A stretch of 64,000 nucleotides of DNA from Octopus vulgaris. Taxonomy: Eukaryota. The translations under genes and the position numbers were made by a program. Below the pieces are notes generated by a model, which saw only the letters and a list, made by a program, of their open reading frames with translations, had not been told where the DNA came from and made no database searches. The DNA lies in contig OX597819.1 in NCBI GenBank assembly GCA_951406725.2, positions 78,368,001-78,432,000 of the forward strand, given 5' to 3'. Positions 24,786-37,246 of the stretch are shown one piece after another (within the stretch, counting starts at the first letter, position 1; each line of letters opens with the position of its first letter).

Positions 24786-24910
24786 TACCTATATTGATAG
24801 CTAGATAGATAGATGGATACATACATAGATACATACATACATACACACACACATATATATATATATATGTGTGTTGTGTGTGTATATATATATATATATA
24901 TTATATGTAT

Positions 24911-25069
24911 ACAAACTGGGACAAGAACGTAAAACATTTAGAAGACGATATTAATCAGCCGAAATTGCTAGGATGATCCGGTTCTTGACTGAAGATTGAA
25001 GGCTTCGAATGTCTCGTCCGCGTTATTTGTATCGTCTTCTAAATGTTTTACGTTCTTGTCCCAGTTTGT
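24911..25069. repeat. Perfect 40-bp inverted repeat with 79-bp spacer (Penelope-like inverted remnant?)
   Basis: 24911-24950 is the exact reverse complement of 25030-25069; the spacer contains CTGAAGA...GAATGTC. Confidence 0.85.
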
Positions 25070-25140
25070 CTTTTTCTACATATAAATAGTATATATAGCG
25101 ACGTCCGTACCCTCGTTGGCCTTATGTAAGTACATATTCC

Positions 25141-25171
<31 letters not shown>

Positions 25172-26949
25172 ACATATAGATACAGAGAGTGGGAAAGAAA
25201 GAGATGTATGCATAAATGAATGTATGCATTTGAGTGTACGAAACTGAAATACAATTCTCGATACAGATGTAGCTTATTTGAACTAATTCTCTCGCTACTC
25301 AAAGTTACTCGCACTCGCTAATAAGCGATCGTTCGAACAACAATGAGTTGAATGAACAGGTTGCAATTCGTAGCATAGCCAGTATACTTTTCAGTTTTCA
25401 TTCATCAACTTTGGCTATATGATGAGTTTGGAGATTATAGGAAGTAATTTAGCAGGGGGAGAGGGAAACAGTAATGAAGATGAGTAGTTGAGAGAGAAGA
25501 CGACGCGGCTTGAAAAGAGGTAGGAGCAAATGGTAGGTCATTATGTATAAAATAGAGAGAGGAAGTGACGAAAAAGCATAGAGAGAGAAAAGACATGGGG
25601 AGATGCCGTACTAGTTAGATAGGGAGTGGGTGGGGATTTGAAAGTGAAAATATGTTACAGTGAGTGTAAAGGGGGAGGGAGGGTATGAATGTTGAGCGTT
25701 GTTGTGTGGAGTATACTTCTGAATCTTCCTGTTTTTTGTCCCCGACTTCCTACGCAACCGCTGAGCCTGGATGCGTATTCATCCATCCGTCGATGCTCTT
25801 GGTGTCGGGGGGTTGACCTGCTTTCTCATCTGCGGGTCTTACGAATAACAAAGGACCACGCCTCGGACTTCTCCCAGGCGCTCAACAAACAAGCAAACAG
25901 CAACAGCTATTATAAATATTCTGGTCATCAATCAGTTTTCGAAATAACCGAGGAATGCTGGTGCAATCGCTCTAATTGCAAGAAACCCAAAATACTGGAT
26001 GAGGGAAATGTCAATAATTTGAATAATAAAGAATCATACACGCACCGCACTTAGGTATTGAGTACTCGTTCTTATGTTACGTCATAACTAATGTAACGTT
26101 TGTGCGTGCGTGTGTGTTCTGTGTCTGTGTTTCTGCGTGAAATGCGATACTCACTAACAGGTCACTAGTACGTAATTTTAGTTACTAAATTTAACATAAA
26201 TCAGGCGTTCAAAGCTTCTGTCACTTGAGAAGCAGACTGGATTATGATAATCTACATGTAGAAATTGTGCATGTATTTCTACACTGTATACATACATACA
26301 TATTGGCTTTTTACCCTAGCGGCGGAGTGGCATCGTTCAAAAGCTAAAACGGTGCAAAGTGTATTGTAACCAGCGTTGTATAACCATCCGATAGTCTGGT
26401 CGATCACGTCACATACACATACATTACTGCATTAACACACGAAGTAGTTTATTTCGAGGAGCGAAACCAGTCAGGCGGAGACCCCGTTTTCTGCATACAG
26501 AAAGATTGTTAAGTAAGGCATTTGTTTACAATTCGTCCTGTGTGAGTGTTCAAATGCATAGCGCGCAGTATCGGCTAAAAAACAAAAAAATCTTGTATTA
26601 CAGACATAGAATCTATTCTATCGTGTATTTACATTATCCCAAAACACGCTGGTTAGAACATCAATAAATAATACACGTTCTCCCACCACTTCCTTTTTCT
26701 TCCCTGTGTATGTATATATATATGCATGTATACATACATGTGTGTGTGTGTGTGTGTGCGAGTATATATATATATATATATATATACACACGTGTATATG
26801 TGTGTGTTCGTAATACTTACAATGGCTGACACTATCTCACTTCCCGGCAATTAGACGTTTTACTCCCTTAGTAGACAGCACCTTCCTCTATCTCTCTCTC
26901 TCTTTCTCTCTGTCTTCGTCTCTCTCACACCATAATCAACTTCTACACA

Positions 26950-26996
<47 letters not shown>

Positions 26997-27643
26997 CTCT
27001 TTCTCGTAATTGTCAGCACCATCATTGTCTAACACTCCAACATACCAACACCAGTACAAACACCGCCAGCACCACTACCAACGTCAACAACATCCAACAA
27101 GACTAGGACGGAGACAGAGAAGAGATTCGAGAGAAACGGACTGGTAGTTGGAGGGAGTTGAGTTTAGTCAGTCAATCTATCAAGCTGACAACCTGTAGGT
27201 TGGTGTCAGACAAATGCAGGAAACAGTCTATGCCACCACCGCTCCCTCATCACAGTATCAATCTATCTACACCACATACACCCTCCTCTTCTAAACAGAA
27301 CAGTAAAACAAGAAAAAAAAACATAAAAAGAATCCACCCTGTTCTCTACAGCGAATATCCATCCTGTTAACCTCGTCCGCCATCATACACACATACATAC
27401 ATACATACATACACACATACATACATACATACATACATACATACATACATACATACATACATACATACATACATACATACATACATACATACATACATAC
27501 ATGTGTGTGTGATATTTGATATTATAAGCACCAATTAGACACAAGACAAGTGAAACCTATACACACAAATATGTATTCCAGTATATTTTATCTTTGAATC
27601 ACATTGGTTTTTTTTTCTAATTTTCTTTCTATATTTTTCTGAG

Positions 27644-27671
27644 TTGACAAAGGACACCTATCCGAAACGTC
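27644..27671 (+). ncRNA. Degenerate minimal hammerhead-like motif
   Basis: TTGACAA-A-GGA-caccta-TCC-GAAACGTC; intact helix II and GUC triplet, core differs from CUGANGA at positions 3 and 8. Confidence 0.35.
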
Positions 27672-29402
27672 AATTTCCCCTTCTTTCTTCTCTTTCCCAT
27701 CGTATTTGTAATTCTTTTGTACTCTTGTTGTTTTATTTTGATTTTATATTATATTATATCATATATATTTGCTCGTGAAATAACATACACATACACTTAT
27801 TCAGCCAAAAATCTAACAGCAGCTGTACGAACATGGCTGACTCACGTGATGCCACAATATACTTTTATCATTTCTTATCATTACCTCTCCTACAATTTCT
27901 TATTCCATCCTGTATTTAATCCATCATTCTTGATTTGACGCCCATCATTATTCTCTTCCTGCACTACGTTGCCACAATATATCCATCTATCTTATATTGT
28001 CAGCAAGGTTGCATTGCTGAAAACTCAGTTTTGGGATCGACTCGCTATTACCATTCAGTTAGTGGTACCAATTCCATTCAGTTAGTCCACGAAAGTTAGA
28101 AAATCAGAGTTTAGTACTATCTAGAATATTGCAGGCAACCTGTTCACCGATATATATGTGTATGTGTGTGTGTTTATGTATATGATATATACAACTTTAC
28201 GCGTATAAATAGGGTTGTTTCTTCGTGCCTAAAGGTTTCGTGCGATCGATACGAAAGAACAGTGAATGTCAAAAAACAAGGTGATTAGGAAAATTTGGAT
28301 GTGTTCACTCCTGACTCTAATTGATCACACGATGGAAGAAAACATCGTACAAAAAAATTACAGACTATCAGCATTTAAGAAAGGATAAAATTTTGCATCC
28401 TGAATCTTTCAAAGAAGTTTCACATCGTACGCTGCTACCTTAGTCTAATATTGAACAAAAATATTCACGCTTATCCCAACTTGCCGGATTAACCATCACC
28501 CGTCTTTTTATTATTTTTATTTAGGTATGCTTTATAAATCGTATATCTAGAAACACATTATGCAACCACCTGTCCTTTTCTATCATGAAGATGATTTGAG
28601 GGTCGCTTGACTACTATTTCACTAACATGTTGGGTGACACTCTTGCTGCCTCGTGAGCTTATAGTGTATAAAGATGTTAGTCATGGTGGTGGTGGTGGTG
28701 GTGTCGAAATTTTTACACCAAGATTATGCCTTCATGTAATTCTAATGGTTGCACCAGATTTGGTACAAAGCCGAAAACAAAAAAATTGAAATAGATTGGA
28801 TTTGAACCCAGGAACCTAAAGCTCTCTATCTCTCTCTCTCTTTCAAACACACACACACCGTCGTTTAAATTAGTGCAAGAGTGTGACATGAAACTGAGTA
28901 GCAGCGAATGCATCATAAAAATAAACACTCTTACGTTTGTAAGCAAAAACCTGTATTTTACACACACACACACACACTCACACAGGGATAAGTTGAAAGT
29001 AAATTTACATGCTTATGTTTCACAACAAAGTGACATTTAGCCCTGACCGTGTAAATATTATACCCTATGGTTAAAAATCATACATCTCTCACTGCAGCAA
29101 GGAATATCACATGCAGCGAGAGTCCTGTTGTGTAACCGCAGGGTATATTTAAAGAACGTGGCAAGATATATGTTTACAAAACGTCGGTATGAAAATATAT
29201 TTACATTATTACAAATTATGGACAACACATTATGCGACTTCAAAGTATCGGTCAGCTCAGCCATTGTCGGGCAGTCCGTCGACGGTTTAGCTGGTCGAAA
29301 CGTTGTTTGCAAGAATATTAATTTTGTACTCTACAAAAGTTTAAGAGTAACCCATCAGATTAATGTAAAATTGTTTTTATTATAACTGAATATAAATATA
29401 TC

Positions 29403-29652
29403 CAATAATCCTTCGCCATATCGCGGTAGAGCAACCGCGGTAGAGCAATCGCAGTTCACCTATCGCGGTTTATTATTTAAGCTTACGTCGATTACTCCGT
29501 GGTGTTGCTTTGTATTTATGATAAAATAAATATATACAACTTATTAAAAAATATATAGAGTACAGTACTGTTTCTACTTCGCGGAATTTCCCCTATCGCG
29601 GGGATTTTGGAACGTAACACAACGCAATAGTCAAGGGTCGAGGGATTATTAC
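29403..29652. mobile_element. Decayed Tigger-like MITE
   Basis: Ends AATAATCCTTCG...TATCGCGG and CGAGGGATTATT, with internal TATCGCGG repeats. Confidence 0.55.
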
Positions 29653-30058
29653 TACGTGTGTATATATATATATATATTAATACATACATACATACACACG
29701 CGCGTACATCATTGCACACAGATACACACACACCTGCAAGTAAGCACACCTATATACACATACACTTACATACATACGTCTATTCATTCATTCATACAAT
29801 GTAATTACATATAAACATGACTTTTGTGTCGAGGTCGTCTGTAACAGTTTGTTTCATTAACCCACTTTCAGCTGTTTAAGTACAGCCATTCATATGATTG
29901 AAAGAGGTTATTTAACTGCTGAAATATTCAACAATGTATATGTTAACAGTTATTTTGTGTGAGTTTATTTTTCACCTCCGTAAATGTTGTTTACCGAAGA
30001 CGTTATTAGTATCGTTATTATTTTTTTTTCTGTATTTACACTCTTAACTTTTTACTTA

Positions 30059-30598
30059 CCGTAAATCCTCGAGTATAATCCGCTCTTGAGTATAATACGC
30101 AGGGGATTTTTTAGGAGGCTGTACTTCTGAAAAAACTAAACCTATATACATATATACGACGGGATTCTTTCAGTTTCCGTCTACCTTCTCTAACTTGAGT
30201 CGTGCGTAATTAAACTAGCAAGTCGAACAAACACTTCCGCGCATGCGTAATACAATAATGATGATGTTCTTAATTGTTATATGGGAATATAAATATGCTT
30301 GCAAATTGTTTTTGTTACATGTTATTCTGTGTTCTGAATACTTTTATTTTAATAAATGTTGCTTACTGCAAGTTATGAATGATTCTTTTATGACTTCATT
30401 GCTTTCAGGCTTAGCTTAAGGTATTTTCGCGCCCGACATCACAAAATGCGTCTGAATAAACATTGCCGGACAGCAAATAGAGATTCGGACATTGCTTAGA
30501 AAATATTTTTCATTTTTAACCTCGTATATTGTACGCACTAGGGATTTTGAACTTTAAATTTTAGGAAAAAAATACGGATTATACTCGAGGATTTACGG
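30059..30598. mobile_element. Tc2-like MITE, copy 2 (inverted relative to copy 1)
   Basis: Same TIRs and TA flanks; interior is the reverse complement of 11439-11961. Confidence 0.9.
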
Positions 30599-30815
30599 TA
30601 TATTTTAAAGTCTTTCTGTTGTGTCTGGGGAGAGTCATATTGTCGTAATGCCTTATTATCTAACACACGCACCGGTTTGATTTCCCCTCATTTATTATTT
30701 ATATTTTTTCTTCCAAAATTTTCGTTGCTTTTGTAACCTTGTGAATGGATGTTGACTGTTATTGGACATGCGTTCTTTTTTGTCTGTTTGTGCGCATGTG
30801 TACTGGTGTATGCAC

Positions 30816-31491
30816 CAGTGGCGGCTCGTGTATAGGCACTGCGGAACTGCAGCACCCTCTATTTCCGCTGGATTATTATCCATAACATTCAATATAATGA
30901 GTCCTTTTTTAAAATAATTTTCTTTATACTTGAACATTATATAATCTTTAAGCCTAATGTCAGTAGCTTATGAAAAAATACAAAAAATCCTTGTGTGATT
31001 CACAGTTCCTGCGATGCGTGTTTGGCTTTTGTGTGCATGTTCACATGTCCGAGATAGGAAGCTGCACGCTAGGGAGAGCACTGTGGTTCATGTAGTCTAC
31101 CCCGGTGTACTGGTGAAAAGTAATGTTTCTTTTTGACTTCGCATGTGTTGTGCTTAAAAACGTGTTTATATTCTTGAATGTGATAAAGTGTAGAATTAGA
31201 TTATTATCCAGCTTCCAGCTACAATGTTGCTGCCTGGATATGAAAAATAGGGCAGATTTCCCCCCTTACTTTGTGGTTTAGAGGGTATTTTTGAAAAACA
31301 AGGGGGAATTCGCGGTGGTGTTCAGTGAATGAATTAAACACACGACCCGGCAGCGGCTAAAACACAAACCGATCAAGTTTATGTATAAATTTTCTTTTTA
31401 TATGTTTGTTTCCTTTTACAAAATATTAAAACAACGGCTAAACATTTTCTGAAGCAGCACCCTCACTAATTTTATCTACGACCCGCCACTG
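30816..31491. mobile_element. Non-autonomous hAT element with intact target-site duplication
   Basis: TIRs CAGTGGCGG(C/G)TCGT; perfect 8-bp TSD GTATGCAC at 30808-30815 and 31492-31499. Confidence 0.9.
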
Positions 31492-31499
31492 GTATGCAC

Positions 31500-31530
<31 letters not shown>

Positions 31531-31874
31531 TGTATGTATGTATGTATGTATGTATGTATGTAGGTGCGTGTGTGTACGTATGTATGTATGTATGCTGCAT
31601 ATTCATGTATTTGTGTGTGTGTGTGTTGTAAGTCTTTATTTTGTTTTTAGTTTTGCTCTTAGCTTAGAAACCAAAAGTCGAAAAACATACGCGCGCGCGA
31701 ATATATATATAAACGATATATAAAGTAAAGGAAATTAAATAAAATATACGACTTCAAACATGAACTGTAACGTAACAAAACACTTTGTATATTTATTACG
31801 AAATTTATTTATGTAAGCAAATGTAGTTGGGTTTAGTGATAAAATTAGTATTTATGCAGAAAATAATTTTTTTA

Positions 31875-32280
31875 ACGATATTGACCTAAGCAAAGGCCAC
31901 AGTAGGATAAGAGGCGAGAAAAAGAGGACAAGAAAAACTGGAAGAGCCAATAAATTCCTATGATATTGATTGACAGAAAGCTTAAAGAACTAAATATCAT
32001 AGACCAGAGAGCAACAAGACGATGGTAGTGAATTCCAAAGAGCAGCAATTCGAGGAAAGAAGCTATTAGTATAATAGAACTAACGGAACGTTCAACAGAA
32101 AAGCGATGTGCTTGCGAAGAGAAGAGAGCTACATTTCGGTGATGAGCCTCGGACTCCAGACTAGTAGAAAGAAGATGACCCATCATGTTGACAACTGATT
32201 CTGAATTTGATAAAGCAAGTAATTCACTTAGAGGAGGCACCAGCGCAAAGACGACAGCAATATTCAATGCAAGGTTGAAT
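31875..32280 (-). mobile_element. Highly decayed LINE ORF2 3' fragment (CR1/Jockey-like)
   Basis: Minus-strand translation SLESEAHHRNVAL resembles the L..L.HRRNVA.L motif near the C-terminus of CR1-group RTs; frames broken. Confidence 0.35.
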
Positions 32281-32289
32281 AACAACAAT

Positions 32290-32495
32290 AATAATCCTTT
32301 CTACTATAAGCTCAAGGCCTGGAATTTGTGGTGAGAAGGCTAGTTGATTAGACCGACCACAGTACGCAACTGATACTTAATTTATCGACTTCGAAAGGAT
32401 GAAAGGCTTAGTTTGAATTCAAAACGTCAAGACGGACAAAATGTCGCTAAACATTTTGCCCGGCGTGCTAACGATTCTACCAGCTCTCCGCCTTT
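32290..32495 (-). mobile_element. SINE family B (tail A)
   Basis: Head and tail recognisable on the minus strand. Confidence 0.75.
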
Positions 32496-32534
<39 letters not shown>

Positions 32535-32649
32535 TTTTTGAACCAGTTGAAGACACACAAGATATCGAAATATCGTTCACTAGATAACAATGGCACTCTT
32601 CTTTTAATTTTGACTCTATATCTTCAGGAGGAGTTACCTCAATCCTTTC

Positions 32650-32702
<53 letters not shown>

Positions 32703-32716
32703 TATAATAATAATAA

Positions 32717-32780
<64 letters not shown>

Positions 32781-33230
32781 GAAGAGAAAAAGAAGCAAGG
32801 GAAAAAGTCGACAATGACAACAAAGAAATAATTGTCACATCGGGTATTTTTTCTCGGTTTGACATAGATATTAATTGCAACTAAACGCCTCCACATTACA
32901 TTACATATAAATAACAGAAAAGAAAACGACGGAAGATCTTCGTTTAATACAAAGAAGAAAAGTATTTACATAAAAGAGTTAACGTTCAACAAGCAAATAT
33001 TGCTTCGATGATAGATAATCCATATTTTTATTTCCTTATATATTTTTTTTACTTCTTTTTTAATGCTATTACACTTGAAATTAAGCAGAACCAAACGAAG
33101 AAAGCATCTACATCAGGCATGAGAATCTTGTGGCACTCAGCAGATATCAGTATGCACCAAAAAATCATTTGTTTGCTGAAGTGATTAACAAGAGTCCCAA
33201 TCGCCTGTTATGATTCATTATTTCGCAGTA

Positions 33231-33280
33231 GCTTTAACTGAGGAGACAAAATGAGGTCGAAACACTAGGTGTCCCGAAGT
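33231..33280 (+). ncRNA. Type-I hammerhead ribozyme candidate with complete catalytic core
   Basis: CUGAGGA (33238-44), helix II GAC/GUC with 8-nt loop, GAA, helix III ACAC/GUGU with UAG loop, GUC cleavage triplet (C33273); helix I GCUUU/GAAGU with two core-proximal A.C mismatches. Confidence 0.6.
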
Positions 33281-34012
33281 CTCCTTACACTAATAAATCG
33301 AGCGTAATTATAAACACATATTTGTCTGAAAGAAGAAATTGTTCTCTATTGAAAAAAAAAATACACCAGAGATTAGCATATATCCATGTTCGAATATGCC
33401 AGAACGAATTAAGAATGAATATGTAAGTCATCGCTTTGATTCCTGCTGTTCACCGCACACATGAAGATTTTAAATGTTTCAGATTTTAGCGAGAATTGTC
33501 TCGCTGCCTAGTTATTGGACACACACACACACACACAGTGTTAAAAGTATGCGAAGGCGATGGTTGAGTAGTACGTAAACAGACGTGAATAAAGAAAGCT
33601 TGGGGCGGTGTCCCTGAAACGCTGTAAACAAAAACTGTCACCTATTGTGAAAAGTAAGACATATCACCCCATCCCACCAAAAAAAAAAAAAAAAAGAACA
33701 ACAAGAAAAAAGAGAGAGAAAAGGTGGGGTGGGGGTCATTTTCCTCCTTTCACAGAGTTTCTTAATGGATTAACTTTAACATCCAGTTTTGAATGACAAT
33801 AACAACAAAAACACCACCACCACCAGCAACAGCCTAATTCATTATGTTCCCTTTGAGACGCATACAACACCTCAACTATCTATAAATCCTGACAGCTAAC
33901 CCCTTACACCCGCCCCTTCTAACCTGGTCCACCGGAACATCATCATCGTACCTACCCTGGCATCTCGGCTATCACACAGTTTGCACATCTGTTTTATTTA
34001 TTTATACATACG

Positions 34013-34390
34013 TAGGCGCAGGAGTGGCTGTGTGGTAAGTAGCTTGCTTACCAACCACATGGTTCCGGGTTCAGTCCCACTGTATGGCACCTTGGACAAG
34101 TGTCTTCTACTATAGCCTCGGGCCGACCAAAGTGAGTGGATTTGGTAGACGGAAACTGAAAGAAGCCCGTCGTATATATACTTATATGTATGTGTGTGTA
34201 TTTGTCCCCCCCCCCCACCAACATTGCTTGACAACCAATGCTGGTGTGTTTAGGTTCCCGTAATTTAGCGGTTCGGCAAAATGACCGATAGAATAAGTAC
34301 TAGGCTTAGTCCTGGGGTCGATTTGATTCGACTAAAGGCGGTGCTCCAGCATGGCCGCAGTCAAATGACTGAAACAAATAAAAGAATAAA
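34013..34390 (+). mobile_element. Full-length SINE family A
   Basis: Complete head, linker and 3' module. Confidence 0.9.
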
Positions 34391-34513
34391 AATGCATAAT
34401 GCATACATATGTAGGCACAGAGAGACAGACAGAGATTTATAACAGGATAGATAGATAGATAGATATATAGGTTGTAAAGAATTTGAAAGGTAGATAAGTT
34501 AAAAGATAGATAA

Positions 34514-34550
<37 letters not shown>

Positions 34551-34783
34551 CAGACAGAGAGATAGACGCACAACACACATTGTTATCCAGGCATGACGAG
34601 TCACCTTCCATATCTTCTAGCTCCTTCTCCAGCCTTAACCATTCCTTCACCACTCGACCGCTTCCACCACCAGCACCACCAGCTGCCAACAGTCAGCCAG
34701 CCAGCTTAGCTTGTCCACTAACAACAGAGTTTTACTGCACACACCTCTCTTACCTGTACGTCTTGTCAACGTAGCCTCAGAAC

Positions 34784-34917
34784 ATGCCTCTCGCCACCCC
34801 TCACACTCACAGCTATTACACGCCTGCTGACCTAGTCAGTTTGTTAAGAAGAGAAGGTTTGTTTTCAGAAGTCGTGCACTGTACTTCTGAAAACAAATTG
34901 TTCTCCTATGTCAACAG
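34784..34917 (+). CDS. Candidate first coding exon MPLATPHTHSYYTPADLVSLLRREGLFSEVVHCTSENKLFSYVN(R/S), product unrecognised
   Basis: AACATG start with upstream in-frame TAG, 44 open codons + 2 nt, consensus donor CAG|GTGAGT, non-repetitive composition. Confidence 0.45.
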
Positions 34918-35204
34918 GTGAGTGGGTGGGGGCAATGTGGGTGTTAGGGTTAGGGTTGTTGTTGTTGTTGTTTAGCCCTAGGTTAACCGTGATCGTGCAG
35001 TGGAACGGTAGTTCTCTCAAAATCTCTTTAGTGTGTGTATGGGAGCGATGGATTCTTCGGTGTTTTGTGAGGAGTCCGGAAAATGGCTACATGCCTTGGA
35101 TAGCAGGGCAACGAACCCATACACTAGCAGAAAACCTATCCCCGTCTTATAGGTTCAGCAACACCATCCAGTCTTTCAGTGTATCTAAGTTAGCGTTTCC
35201 CCAG

Positions 35205-35360
35205 TGGAGGCGCATGGCTTAGTGGTTAGGGTCCTTGAGCAAAACACTTCATTTCACGTTGCTCCAGTCCGATCAGCTGGTAAAAATAACTAATCTTGCG
35301 ACGGACCGTCGTCTCGTCCAAGAAGGAATATACACCCCCAAAGAATCGGAGAAACCGACG
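35205..35360 (+). mobile_element. Internally deleted SINE family D
   Basis: TGGCTTAGTGGTTAGGG joined to CTTGAGCAAAACACTTCATTTCACGTTGCTCCAGTCC, matching 39508-39712. Confidence 0.7.
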
Positions 35361-36063
35361 CAATACTCCCCAAGGAGTGATGTGAAGTAACCAATAAGTT
35401 ATCCCTAAGATCGGAATTATTCTAGGATCTTTTGGGTTTGAATGGCAGTTTTTTTCTAGCGGTGTCATATGAAATTGTCACCCATAATTATGACCCTAGT
35501 ATCGATCTATTGCATTTCAATCTGTTTTAGGGTTAGGGTTAGGGTTATCTTTTTTTTCTTCACAAATGTAAATAAACCCAATCGGTTTCTTAAACGAGGG
35601 ACATATTCATACGGCACAGTGAGTGTGTATAGAACGAAAGGAGTAAAAATGATTGCAATATAAGAGAGTAAGAAAGTGAATGGGAGGAAAACGATAGAGG
35701 ATGAGATAAAGTGTGGATAGACCGAGTGCGGAGAGATTTGAGTGCGAGAGAATGTGTGAGTATGGGGATTGAATGTGTAAGAATGAATAGAGCGAGTAAA
35801 GTGCAGAGTGAGTGAGTGAGTGAGTGAGTGAGTGAGTAGAACGAAGGTGGGCGACATGGAGTGGGAGTAAAAACGAAAGAAGGGCAGCATGAACGAGTAG
35901 AATGAGAAGAGAACTAATAGAATGTATATGAGATAGATAGATAGATAGATAGACAGACAGACGGACGGACGGACGGATGGATGGATGGAATAGGATAGAT
36001 AGATAGAGAGATAGATAGATGGATGGATGGATGGATGGATGGAATAGGATAGATAGATAGATG

Positions 36064-36121
<58 letters not shown>

Positions 36122-36181
36122 TAGATAGATAGATAGATATGTAGACAGAAAGATAGATAGATATGTAGACAGAAAAAAAAA

Positions 36182-36215
<34 letters not shown>

Positions 36216-36644
36216 GGAGAGAGAGAGAGAGAGAAGGAGGGAGAGAGGAGCTGCTCCAATTAAGAAATTTAGTATCTTTCAAAATATAAGTGGAAGCAGT
36301 CCCAAAGGAGTAAAAAAAAGTTAGCCGAAGAGTGCTATTCTGTGTAATACATACCGACACAATGTGGTACTCATCACACACATAAGTGGACTCAAAATGT
36401 TTAGGGTTACTTAAAAATGTCAATGTCTCGTTTCTCCAAAACAGCAGCAATAACAACGATAACGACGACGACGACAATAACGATAACAACATCATGTAAC
36501 TATAACTTTGATGGCGGTTGCATATTAAAAGTACTTTTATGAATTAACACTGCAGCTGCATCCTGCTAAAATCTAGACTCGAACCTTGACACTCACAAGA
36601 CTAGCAATTTTAAGTGAGTTATGGTGGTGGTGGTTAGTCCATAC

Positions 36645-36888
36645 CCGGCTGTTCTTAACTGGCGTCCATATGACCCTTTGGGGTTCAGATAAGATTTTTG
36701 TCGTTGAAATTTATGTGCAATAAATTGGTTACACTTCTATGACAAATAAAATTATTTTAACATTTTTAAAAACAATTCCAAGTAATGTTTAATAATAAAA
36801 ACAAAGAATGGGCTTTTTTAAAAAAAACACCGAATGGCCATAGCTAGTCCAGTGGAGCAAAATAGGAATCAAAGGTTGAAAGCCACTA
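36645..36888. mobile_element. Decayed hAT (Charlie-like) MITE
   Basis: Ends resemble CAGTGGTTCTCAAC / GTTGAGAACCACTG; approximate 8-bp TSD GTCCATAC / GTCTACAC. Confidence 0.5.
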
Positions 36889-37246
36889 GTCTACACCTTA
36901 ACCAGTTGAGCATGTCCTTTTGTAGCTGATAATATGCGCATTTCTGATCATGAGCAAGAGTCGTGGGAGAGAGCATCATAACCATTTATTTGTTGCGAGG
37001 GATTGTTGGGTGCATCATTCATCATTCTTAAACAACCCTTATTCAGAGACCTTTTGACCTGAAGAAACTTTCAAATGGACCTCACCTGCAAGGTCATGCG
37101 TTGTTTATCTTGATATGATATGAGGTCAACATGTTGCGAACATGTGCCTGGTGTACTCTTATGAGACGTGTATATTGGGCCTCGCATATTTGTACTCCAG
37201 CATGGCATGCGTTTTTCTCATACTCAATAATAATAATAATAATAAT

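Noticed and set aside
25945-25990. Hammerhead-like CCGAGGA...GAAAC
   Set aside because: Core mismatch, no cleavage triplet and no helix I or III.
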